This document shows positions 8,919 to 18,355 of a DNA stretch of 18,355 nucleotides, one piece after another; the first letter of the stretch is position 1, and each line of letters begins with the position of its first letter. Below the pieces are notes generated by a model that saw only the letters and a program-made list of their open reading frames with translations, made no database searches and was not told the origin of the DNA. Source of the stretch: Octopus sinensis (Eukaryota); contig NW_021824508.1 of the NCBI RefSeq assembly GCF_006345805.1, positions 1 to 18,355 of the forward strand, in the 5' to 3' direction. Position numbers and translations under genes: made by a program.

Positions 8919-9467
8919 GTTTTGTTCGATATTATATTGCCACATGGGCAACGAGTGAGGGAGAGGGTATTTTAAGTATAAAAAGGAAGGGGTGGAATTT
9001 TACAGAAAACGAGTATTAGAAACAAACCTGAAAAAAGAAACAACATAGGCAAAAAAATACACGAGAATCTTCCAATAAAGAAACAACCACTTGGGAACTA
9101 TCAGAGAGCGCCACAGTTCCAAAATTTCCTATACTACCAAGGCAGGTACCTTCTCCTTCTTCGTAGTGTCGCTGTTGTTAGACATTAGGTAAACCCAAAT
9201 CTAACATGCCTATGAACAAAATAATTCCAAGAGACATCAAAGCTACATTATCCAACATATTCTTTTCTTTTAATAATATAGAATTTTGATCTAAGGGAAA
9301 TTTGGTTACTGTTTCTCATAGATTTAAAAATCCATGTAGAGGCTTCTTAGTTGGCTCGTTACAGGTTTTTTTTCTCTCCCGCAGTGTATGGTTCTTTTCC
9401 TACAGATGCATGACAAGAATAGATTCATTCTCACACTAATGGATTTTAAGACTCAACACTGAGCTAC

Positions 9468-9647
9468 AGTCGATTATCTCGTCAAAACACAGTTGACTGA
9501 TGATGATTCACAGCTTTTTATCGAGCCGGAAGGCTGAAAGGTAAAATCACCATCAACAGGATTCGAACACATTAGAATTTAAAAGAAGGTCACTTCCGCA
9601 AAACATTTTGTCCGACATGCCACGGAAATTGTCAATCCATCGCCGTC
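9468..9647 (-). mobile_element. Heavily decayed family-A SINE
   Basis: TTTATCGAGCCGGAAGGCTGAAAGGTAAAATC...GGATTCGAAC...CATTTTGTCCGACATGC. Confidence 0.55.
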
Positions 9648-10155
9648 GAGAAAAAAAAAACGCCGGCCTCACAGACATAAACAAAATAAATAAATCTAAT
9701 AGTATATAAATTATCTGTAGATTATGTAAATATTTGGACAAAATGTGAATGGGTTAGAGTTTCAAAGGTCAAATGGTTTGATGATTAGATGGTAGTGTTA
9801 GGGTATTTGGTATTGAATGTTACTGCCTGCTACCATCTTGGTCATATGTGGGAAGATCCCCAATTGCAAAATTGCCTCATGAATATTTAAAATTTTAATC
9901 AACTAATTTGTGTGAGAGGTATTTGCTGCCCAAATATTGAGGAAGCTCTATTCACAAGGTACATCGATCCTGATTGACATAGCAAACAAGGCAAACAAAT
10001 ATATACGTAGATATGTATGTATATGTAGTGGCCATGCAAAAGGTGGGTTCAATAGCAGGTCGAGAAAGATTTGATATCAAATTGCTACGAAAATCTCGAG
10101 AAGCTTCACTTGAGAAGGAAGGCTCGTTAAAGAATCACAGAGAAAGGGTTTAAAT

Positions 10156-10710
10156 CAGGGGTTCTCAACTTTTTTTTTATCTATGGATCCCTTTGATTAC
10201 TATTTATTTTTGGTGGATCCCACCCCTAGCCAATTATTCTTTACCAACCCGGCTGAAACTGGCTCTGACTCTGAGTACAAATGTCTTGTTTTCATAAGTT
10301 TTGAATTAAAATCTTCCACCAAACCTTAGTCACAATTTATGTTCCTAACACTAGCTTAATGATAACTAAGTTATTTTACTAAATTCTTTGTTATATTTAA
10401 AGTAATTGAAAGAAACACAGAGCATCTAAAAAAAATACAGTAACGAAAGGGTTAAAAACTAGTTTTATAGAAACTTCTTTCAAAATTCCAATTTGACTTT
10501 TCGCACATTAACTTGTGTAGGTTGAATTATGTAAAATATTAAAGAAAGAAACCTAGCCATTTCTTACAATAGATACACATGTAAAGAAAATTTTTTCAGG
10601 AGCCCTTAAAATACTATTGTGGATCCCCAATTTACTGTGTTTTTGCGTGGACTCCCAAAAATCTTACATGTACCCTCATCGGACATATGGACCCCGGTTG
10701 AGAACTACTG
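10156..10710. mobile_element. Non-autonomous hAT (Charlie-like) DNA transposon
   Basis: Termini CAGGGGTTCTCAAC and GTTGAGAACTACTG; 8-bp flanks GTTTAAAT (10148-10155) and GCTTAAAT (10711-10718); subterminal TGGATCCC-type repeats. Confidence 0.85.
10234..10455. mobile_element. piggyBac-like MITE nested in the hAT element
   Basis: The right end GTAACGAAAGGG-TTAA reads TTAA-CCCTTTCG on the other strand. The left end is degenerate (TTATTCTTTACC). Confidence 0.5.
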
Positions 10711-10789
10711 GCTTAAATGGATGAATGATACATTGCACTTCACAAAACCGCACATGAGTACACACATACATACACATACATACATACAG

Positions 10790-11590
10790 CGTTAGGGGAT
10801 GGAATGACGTTTGAGAAAGCGATGAAAAGCCAGGTGACCATCGTTGCAGGGAATAAAAGTGTAGAAGTGGTGAAAAAGACGGAGAAAGATTAGAAAGAAA
10901 GGAAAAGGAGTTGAATTGTTGAAGAACATGTGAAACGAGAGAGAAGCTGATAATGGGCAGGATGATGTCGAAGTACTTGAGATATCAGTTTTGTGGGTAA
11001 GTTGCAGGCGGAGATTATGGAACGGCCATGGTTATCAGGTTTATGAATTTTAGGAGGAAAATAGGCAGCAGAAGTGCATGGTATTTAGCCAACGAGGTTG
11101 ATGGTGGTGAAAAGAAGAAGAGGAGGGTTCAAGAAATGGATAGTGGAAGGGTTAATGGTGTTGGTAGGTCGGTATGAAGTCTGTGAGCAGAGGATGATAG
11201 AAGACAACGTTGAGAAGCTGTCGCAGCGCTTCCACTCAATAGAGATCGGCGGGCCATACCTGTTTCTTTATTGCCCACAAGGGGCTAAACATAGAGGGGA
11301 CAAACAAGGACAGACAAACGGATTAAGTCGATTACATCGACCCCAGTGTGTAACTGGTACTTAATTTATCGACCCCGAAAGGATGAAAGGCAAAGTCGAC
11401 CTGGGCGGAATTTGAACTCAGAACGTAATAGCAGACGAAATACGGCTACGCATTTCGCCTGGCGTGCTAACGATTCTGCCAGCTCGCCGCCATACCGTTA
11501 TAGTCTTGCTTTTGTCGACCTGTTTTATAACGATGGTATTTTGGCGGTTGAGGTTTCAGGGAGTTGTGATTTCTGCCCCGGTAACGTGAA
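10790..11590 (-). mobile_element. Decayed Penelope-like element reverse transcriptase fragment
   Basis: After removing the SINE: TIVIKQVDKSKTITVWPADLY*VEALRQL..FY; YFPPKIHKPDNHGRSIISACNLPTKLIS; FYTFIPCNDG..AF..FL. These match the PLE motifs IKPADKG, LPKIHK..PGRPIIS and LYT.IP. Confidence 0.85.
11261..11491 (-). mobile_element. Young family-A SINE with target-site duplication
   Basis: Intact head-to-tail copy. GCCATACC occurs at 11253-11260 and 11489-11496, and excision restores the PLE reading frame. Confidence 0.92.
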
Positions 11591-11667
11591 AGTGCTGAAG
11601 ACATTTGTGTTAGTTATACATATTCAATGAGCTGTTGCATACGTTAACAAACAAACCCAGGCTGATG

Positions 11668-11668
<1 letters not shown>

Positions 11669-11724
<56 letters not shown>

Positions 11725-11873
11725 TCACTCACACACACTCACACACACACTCACACACACACACAAACGCGCTCTCTCACACGCACACGTTTATCTGTGC
11801 GTATATATGTTTCTATGTGTACATGCGTATGTGTTTCTCTCTCTGTCTCTGTCTGTCTGTCTGTCTCTCTCTC

Positions 11874-11937
<64 letters not shown>

Positions 11938-12035
11938 CACATAGATACATACATACATACATACATACATACATAGAGAGAGGATTGACAGATATACTTA
12001 GATGTGTGTGAATTTGTGTGTGTGTGTGTGTATGC
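11669..12035. repeat. Compound (CA)n/(CT)n/(TA)n/(TACA)n/(TG)n microsatellite
   Basis: Visible directly. Confidence 0.95.
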
Positions 12036-12522
12036 ATGTGTTTAAGATATATAAGGTATCATATAAATGTTTAGACAACATAATTATCTAAATACACTCA
12101 AATTTCTTTGTGACAAATATTAAGACGATTAGAGGTTTATCGTCCCGCATATAAGAAGTCTGTCTAATTCTGTGAAAATCCCCAGAAGATCACTCTAATT
12201 CCTCATATCATTTTGTGCCATTGAAGTGCATCCACGTAAGTGTACTGCAAACATAAGAAAGGAAGTGCCTGCAGTGTATTTGAACTCAGTACCTAGTACT
12301 TTAGGCCTTTAGTTTGTTTTAGCAATGATGGTCATGACCATGGAGGGGCGACGCTTATATACACAAGTAACTCATATTTTTCCCACTCATACAAACAATA
12401 CAAACCTAAGCACAAAAGCGAATTAACTCTTTGCCTGTCCAAACCATTTTCATAAGTTTGTCCAAAATGTTTATACTAGTTTTTAGACTTATAATTGGCT
12501 GTGTTTCCATATGTTCTTATTA

Positions 12523-12663
12523 TAGATGTTTTCGATTTAGTTTGGATTCTTTGCCATCAAATTTGAATTCTTTGCAATCAAATTTGATGGCAAAGAAATC
12601 AAATTTGCTTGCAAAGAATTCAAATTTGATGGCAAAGAACCCAAACTAGATCGAAAACATCTA
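12523..12663. repeat. 141-bp palindrome built on 21-bp units
   Basis: Arms at 12523-12587 and 12599-12663 with an 11-nt loop. The unit ATTCTTTGCCATCAAATTTGA contains the palindrome TCAAATTTGA. Confidence 0.9.
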
Positions 12664-12809
12664 AAATATAAAGCTTTCCTTTCATAAGTCCCCAGTTACT
12701 CTGGTAGTTGAAAACGAAAATTGGGGATTGTGTATCATGTTTGATGCATGGATACGAAAGAAATATGCCTCACGTGATGCACAAAATAGGCAAGATCTGT
12801 TAATAAGTT

Positions 12810-12935
12810 TACTGCCCAACTACGTAACTTTGCGTTCGATCCTGCTGCGTCTTACGCAAACGTCTTCTAGTAATAGCTTCGAATCACCTAAAGCCGCTTG
12901 AGTGAAATTTGGTTAAGAGCTGCTCGAAGAAACCT
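12810..12935 (+). mobile_element. Decayed family-B SINE head
   Basis: GTTCGATCCTGCTGCG...GTCTTCTA.TAATAGCTTCG...TTGAGTGAAATTTGGT. Confidence 0.5.
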
Positions 12936-13254
12936 TCTTAGTTTTGGGGAAGAAGACTTCACGCCATTGACTTGACTTTAGTTGCCTTTAGTGGTGTCCA
13001 CTCTGATGCAAATAATCAGGTCAGGTCCTCGATTGGGAATAACTTCCTCCCAACATCTCAAAAGTCTTCGAATCCCCTAAAATGTTCATAGTTTCTGCTT
13101 TAACTTCACTCACCAAGTCAGTCACTTCCTTTCCACCTCTAATCCTGAGTATTGTAGGAAATGCGATTATAAATTCTTCTGGTCTTTATAAGCATCAGCA
13201 GTGATATAGTGATTAAAAGCGTTAACTGCACATGGTTTAGAAATAGGAGTCTCT

Positions 13255-13500
13255 AGCTAGAGGTTATGTGGTTACGAAGTTTGCTTTTTAACCACGTGAT
13301 TTCGGGTTCAGTTCCACTCTGTGATGCCTTAGCAAATGTTTTTTTCAAAGGCGCTTGGCCATTATTACTTTGTGAGTGAATTCGAGCGAAGGAAACTATT
13401 CACAAATGTATGTGTGTGTGTGAGTGTTTCGGAAAAAAAAGAAGAAAGGGGCCGATTTGATCGACTAAACCCTTCCAAGTGATGAACCAGTATGGCCACA
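13255..13500 (+). mobile_element. Decayed family-B SINE
   Basis: TGTGGTTACGAAGTTTGCTT..AACCACGTG..TCGGGTTCAGTTCCACT...TTGTGAGTGAATT, internal (TG)n and TCGACTAAA. Confidence 0.55.
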
Positions 13501-13794
13501 ATCCAATGGTTGCCACCTGTATAAAGGGAAAGAGTAAAGAGCCTGACCAAGAATATGACATCTTATGAAAATCGCGGATGAAACCGATGAAAATGCCGTG
13601 CAAGTGTAAATTTTAAAATATTAAATATAATGCTTCGTCTTTAAAAATGAGCGTGATGCTCCAACAATTAAATCTGTACTAACAATAACTCATTTCAAAC
13701 ACTGAGACACTTGTTATCGATGGAACAACAACTACTCTCATGAAGTGAATCAACAAAGTGTTTCTTTCGTAGTCGAGAAGGATAGTCGTCACTA

Positions 13795-14110
13795 TAACGA
13801 TAAACGTCGCCCTTTTCAAGCCTAACAAGGCTCATGGGCTCGGTTTCTCGGTTTCTGTGGCGTATATATTCCCCCCAGCTGGACGGGACGACAGTCCATC
13901 GCAGCGTTACTCAAGAAACAGGAAGAGAGAGTGAGAGAAAGTTGGGGCGAAAGAGTACAACAGGGGTCGCTACCACCCCCTGCTGGAGCCTCGTGGAGCT
14001 TTTAGGTGTTTTCGCTCAATAAACAAACACAGCGCCCGGTCTGGGAATCGAAACCGCGATCCTCCGACTGCGAGTCCGCTGCTGTAACCACTGGGCCATT
14101 GCGCCTCCAC
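13795..14110 (-). mobile_element. Family-D tRNA-derived SINE
   Basis: Head GTGGAGGCGCAATGGCCCAGTGGTTA...GGTTTCGATTCCC has A- and B-boxes, followed by about 240 bp of non-tRNA body. Confidence 0.8.
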
Positions 14111-14344
14111 TATATTCCCCCTCCCTATTTTCCTCTGTATATTGATCACATTTATTTTTGCTAGCTGAGTACAATAGGCTTCACTAAGGAGATTAGTAAT
14201 ACCAAAACATGTCTGTTGCTTTCATCTTTTGCCTTTAAAGACTACACGCCCTCCAATCTGCATTCTCTATAATGTACAGTACATCAGCCGTGTATGGTTT
14301 GGTAATATTATGTTGCTATAACTAATAGTTTAGGTGTCTATATA

Positions 14345-14864
14345 CTGTAAATCCTCGGGTATAATCCGCATTTCCCCCCCAAAATTTAAAGGTCAAAATC
14401 CTTAGTGTGTACTATATACGAGGTTAAAATTGAAAAATATTTTCTAAGCAATGTCCCAGTCTCTATTTGCTGTCCGGCAATGTTTATTCAGACACATTTT
14501 GTGATGTCGGACGCGAAAATACCTTAAGCTAAGCCTGAAAGCAATGAAGTCATAAAAGAATCATCCATAACTTGCAGTAAGCAACATTTATTGAAATAAA
14601 AGTATTCAGAACACAGAATAACATGTAACAAAATCAATTTGCAAAAATTTACATTCCCATATAACGGTTAAGAACATCACCATTATTGTATTACACATGC
14701 GCGGAAGTGTCTATTCGACTTGGTGCTACTGGCTTAATTACGCACGACTCAAGTTAGAGAAGAGGTGCGTATTATACAAAAGGTTTAGGTTTTTCAGAAG
14801 TATACTCCTCTAAAAGTCCCCTGCGTATTATACTCAAGGGCAGACAATACACGAGGATTTACGG
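14345..14864. mobile_element. Non-autonomous Tc1/mariner superfamily (Tc2/pogo-like) element
   Basis: TIRs CTGTAAATCCTCGGGTAT and ATACACGAGGATTTACGG, TA on both flanks (14343-14344, 14865-14866), and subterminal TATAC.CGAGG-type repeats. Confidence 0.85.
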
Positions 14865-14942
14865 TAGTCGCCAGCAGATATAGACGGAACATTAAGTATG
14901 TGCGAACTATGAGAGAGAACTGCACCAGTACATGGTCGCTAC

Positions 14943-15064
14943 GCATTTACAGCCGAGTAAATTGAATCATCGTGAAATACTGCACCACTCTCTCTCCAGG
15001 AATAGAACCGACGTTACTAATTACCTTGACTCGAACACCCTAACTACTAGGCCGCGTGACTTCA
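14943..15064 (-). mobile_element. Decayed SINE head related to family C
   Basis: Minus strand TGAAGTCACGCGGCCTAGTAGTTAGGGTG...GGTTCTATTCC...CTCGGCTGTAAATG. Confidence 0.5.
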
Positions 15065-15221
15065 TTGTGTGGTCTATATTTTCCTGACATTTCGATTTCA
15101 TGATCTTATTGAAGTTATCTCCCTTGCTGGACTTTTTAAAGATTTTAAATATCCCTAGAAGGTAATAACTACTTGGATAATATTAGTTGATCGAAGGTTT
15201 CCCGCTTACTATATTATATAT

Positions 15222-15548
15222 GAAGGCACATGGCTCAGCGGTTAGAACGTCGGGCTCCCAATCACGAGGTAGTGAGTTCAATTCCCGGATGTGCGTTGTG
15301 TTCTTGAGCTAGTCACTTTATTTCATGTTGCTCCAGTTCTCTCAGCTGTAGAAATGAATTACGACGTCACTGGTCCCAAGCTGTATCGACCCTTGCCTTT
15401 CCCTTGGATAACATCGGTGCCGTGGAAAGGAGAGGCTGGTATGCACATGTGACTGCTGGTCTGCCATAAACAACCTTGCCTGGACTTGTGCATCGGAGAG
15501 TAACTTTCTAGATGTAATCCCCTGGTCATTCATGACCCGATCCCCTTT
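15222..15548 (+). mobile_element. Family-C tRNA-derived SINE
   Basis: A-box TGGCTCAGCGG, B-box GAGTTCAATTCCC, then GTTCTTGAGC..GTCACTTTA and a non-tRNA body. Confidence 0.82.
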
Positions 15549-15994
15549 ATATTACATATGTAAGACTCTTGAATATAATATATATATGTTTATATATTCA
15601 ATTTTTCATTGGCATAGTCAGGAAATAAAACCGGCCCTCCCCCTGACCTTGGGAGACTGGTGAGACCGATGCGATATTTTAGTCTAACCTGAGTATACTC
15701 AAACCGGTGCGTTAATTAAAGGCAGGGACGTGGGCGATGAAGGAAATAAGGGAATAAAACGGTGGGTTGAAAGGCAAAGAGGGATGTTATGGTTGAACTG
15801 GGTAGAGGCTGCATATAATTAAGAGGAACATTACCCATGGTAGTAGATAGAATAGAAAAAAGAGAGAAGTGTGTATGTGAGAGAGGAGGAGGGAGAAAGA
15901 GAGGAAGGAGAATAAAGGGTCCGTGAGCTTGAGAATTTGGTGTTTTGGTGAGTATTTGTCAAATCATATTGGCTGGTGTTCATTCTGATGAGGT

Positions 15995-15997
<3 letters not shown>

Positions 15998-16039
<42 letters not shown>

Positions 16040-16056
16040 TGTGCATGCGTGTGTGT
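15998..16056. repeat. (TG)n microsatellite
   Basis: Visible directly. Confidence 0.95.
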
Positions 16057-16199
16057 AAATAACTATATTATTGCTGAGGCTGTACGTTTTTTTTTTGCAT
16101 ATAACAAGTCGTAATGCAAATATGCAAACAAAAACAAAACAAAAATCACACAAATCAAAAGTAAGAAAAACAAAAAGAGCAAACGCAGGACTGACGACG

Positions 16200-16200
<1 letters not shown>

Positions 16201-16244
<44 letters not shown>

Positions 16245-16398
16245 ATGATGATGATGGTGGTGGTGGTGGCGATGATGATGATGGTGGTGGTGGTGGTGGT
16301 GGTGGTGGTGGTGGTGGTGATGATGATGATGGTGGTGGTGGTGGTGGTGATGATGGTGGTGGTGGTGGTGATGATGATGATGGTGGTGGTGGTGGTGG

Positions 16399-16429
<31 letters not shown>

Positions 16430-17500
16430 GATGATGATGATGGTGGTGGTGGTGGTGATGATGATGATGGTGGTGGTGGTGGTGGTGATGATGATGGTGG
16501 TGGTGGTGGTGGTGGTGTGATGATGATGGTGGTGGTGGTGGTGATGATGATGATGGTGGTGGTGGTGGTGGTGGTAATAATGATGATGATGGTGGTGGTG
16601 GTGGTGATGATGATGATTGATTGGGTAGTGGTGGTGATGATGATGATGGTGGTGGTGGTGGTGATGATGATGATGAGGTGGTAGTGGTGTGAGATGATGA
16701 TGGTGGTGGTGGTGGTGATGATGATGATGATGGTGGTAGTGGTGGTGATGATGATGATGGTGGTGGTGGTGGTGATGATGATGATGGTGGGTGGTGGTGG
16801 TGGTGATGATGATGGTGGTGGTGGTGGTGGTGATGATGATGATGGTGGTGGTGGTGGTGATGATGATGATGGTGGTGGTGGTGGTGGTGGTAATAATGAT
16901 GATGATGGTGGTGGTGGTGGTGATGATGATGATGATGGTGGTAGTGGTGGTGATGATGATGATGGTGGTGGTGGTGGTGATGATGATGATGGTGGTGGTG
17001 GTGTGGTGATGATGATGGTGGTGGTGGTGGTGGTGATGATGATGATGGTGGTGGTGGTGGTGATGATGATGATGGTGGTGGTGGTGGTGGTGTAATAATG
17101 ATGATGATGGTGGTGGTGGTGGTGATGAGATGATGTGGTGGTAGTGGTGGTGATGATGATGATGGTGGTGGTGGTGGTGATGATGATGATGGTGTGGTGG
17201 TGGTGGTGATGATGATGGTGGTGGTGGGTGGTGGTGGTGATGATGATGTGGTGGTGGGTGGTGGTGATGATGATGATGGTGTGGTGGTGGTGGTGGTAAT
17301 AATGATGAGATGGTGATGGTGGTGGTGATGTGATGATGATGGTGGTAAGTGGTGGTGATGATGATGATGGTGGTGGTGGTGGTGATGATGATGATGTGGT
17401 GGTGGTGGTGATGATGATGGAGGTGGTGGGGTGGTGGTGGTGATGATGATGATGGTGGTGGTGGTGGTGATGATGATGATGGTGGTGGTAGTGGTGATGA
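16201..17500. repeat. 1.3-kb compound (GAT)n(GGT)n array with a higher-order period of about 27 bp
   Basis: Alternating blocks, mostly about four GAT then four to six GGT. Confidence 0.96.
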
Positions 17501-17589
17501 GGATGATGGTAATGGCAAAGAGGAGGTGGAAGTGGAGGAGGAGGAAGAGAAGGATGGTTACAACGATGATGAACGATTATGATACTATT

Positions 17590-17810
17590 AATCGTGAAAA
17601 TGACGGTAATGATTGATGATGATGATGATGATGATGAAATTGGTGATGATGATGATAATGATGGCGATGATGATGAGAGGGATAGGGCAATGGTGATGAA
17701 GAAGGAGCAGTAGCAGCATTTGTTAAAGAAGATAATGAAGGAGTAAGAGGAAGGGGAGGAGGAGAAGAAGAAGAAGAAGAAGAAGAAGAAGATGATGATG
17801 ATGATGACGT

Positions 17811-17852
<42 letters not shown>

Positions 17853-18055
17853 CGGACGACGACGACGACGATGATGATGAGAGGGATAGGACAATGATGA
17901 TGAAGAAGCAGTAACAGCATTTGCTAAAGATGAAGGAGTAAGAGGAAGAGAAGAAGAAGAAGAAGAAGAAAAGAAGAAGAAGAAGAAGAAGAAGAAGAAG
18001 AAGAGAAGAAGAAGAAGAAGAAGATGAAGATGATGATGATGATGATGATGATGAC
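17590..18055. repeat. Low-complexity (GAT)/(GAA) region containing a tandem duplication
   Basis: GAGAGGGATAGG..AATG..GATGAAGAAG..GCAGTA.CAGCATTTG.TAAAGA..GAAGGAGTAAGAGGAAG starts at 17675 and again at 17879. Confidence 0.9.
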
Positions 18056-18355
18056 ACTCGTGCAATTGCGAATGCATGTATATGAATACGCATGCATGTG
18101 CCGCTCGATGCACGTGCAGGTAGGTATATCATAATATCCTTTGCATAAAGAACTTGAAATGAATTTCTCTTCTGTATAGAGACGGGAGACTTTTATCAAC
18201 CACATTGTGATGATTGATTGATATCTCTCTTATATCAAAATGTCCTCATTAACTTTCTAGTTAGAACTGATTAGCACTGGTGGGAAATATTTAACAGCAT
18301 TGCAGTATGGCTATATGAATATTCATATTCTCTCTCTCTTTCTCTCTCACTCTCT

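Larger units (their letters stand above)
6905..9060 (+). mobile_element. Decayed R4/Dong-clade non-LTR retrotransposon RT region, interrupted by two SINEs
   Basis: Collinear broken motifs: NNYSPITCL..KLLT; LLSEEQK*CRKKSRGTADLLYI; KNLAIG; IFLGDSLSPLVF; KINH..YMNDMKL; SKCAAL; IDMWSVSVFRYS; TLHRKTNTDRLYL. Ends are approximate. Confidence 0.85.

Noticed and set aside
12546-12640. CRISPR-like array
   Set aside because: The units are contiguous with no unique spacers, they invert midway, and the context is eukaryotic.
13021-13085. Mariner transposase C-terminal remnant (minus strand GIRRLLRCWEEVIPNRG)
   Set aside because: The motif spacing is suggestive, but it is too short, with no supporting upstream motifs or TIR.
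14030-14110. tRNA gene (also 15222-15290 and 3156-3225)
   Set aside because: A/B boxes are present, but there is no proper acceptor stem and each continues into a repeat body, so these are SINE heads.
15980-18205. Long His/Pro/Ser/Thr-rich ORFs (512 aa, 689 aa and others)
   Set aside because: They are translations of stop-free (ACC/ATC/TTC)n repeats, open in several frames at once, with no domain content.

Overview
Repeat-dense, AT-rich animal genomic DNA; the SINE, MITE and microsatellite content suggests an octopus or other coleoid cephalopod (inference). All long ORFs in the supplied track are microsatellite artefacts. The real gene signal is two short minus-strand exons (4712-4549, 164 nt; 3790-3681, 110 nt) with canonical, phase-compatible splice sites. 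Together they encode the N-terminal half of a highly divergent nicotinic-receptor-like (Cys-loop) ligand-binding domain. The loop D Trp is replaced by Leu and the loop A Tyr by Phe, as expected for an atypical or chemotactile-type receptor or an AChBP-like protein. Around the exons are decayed L1/Tx1, R4/Dong and Penelope retroelements, at least four tRNA-derived SINE families, hAT, piggyBac-like and Tc2-like MITEs, a minimal hammerhead ribozyme motif and several fold-back structures. A near-identical 267-bp inverted duplication (712-978 / 6400-6666) carries a complete Pol II promoter-like cassette and brackets both exons.
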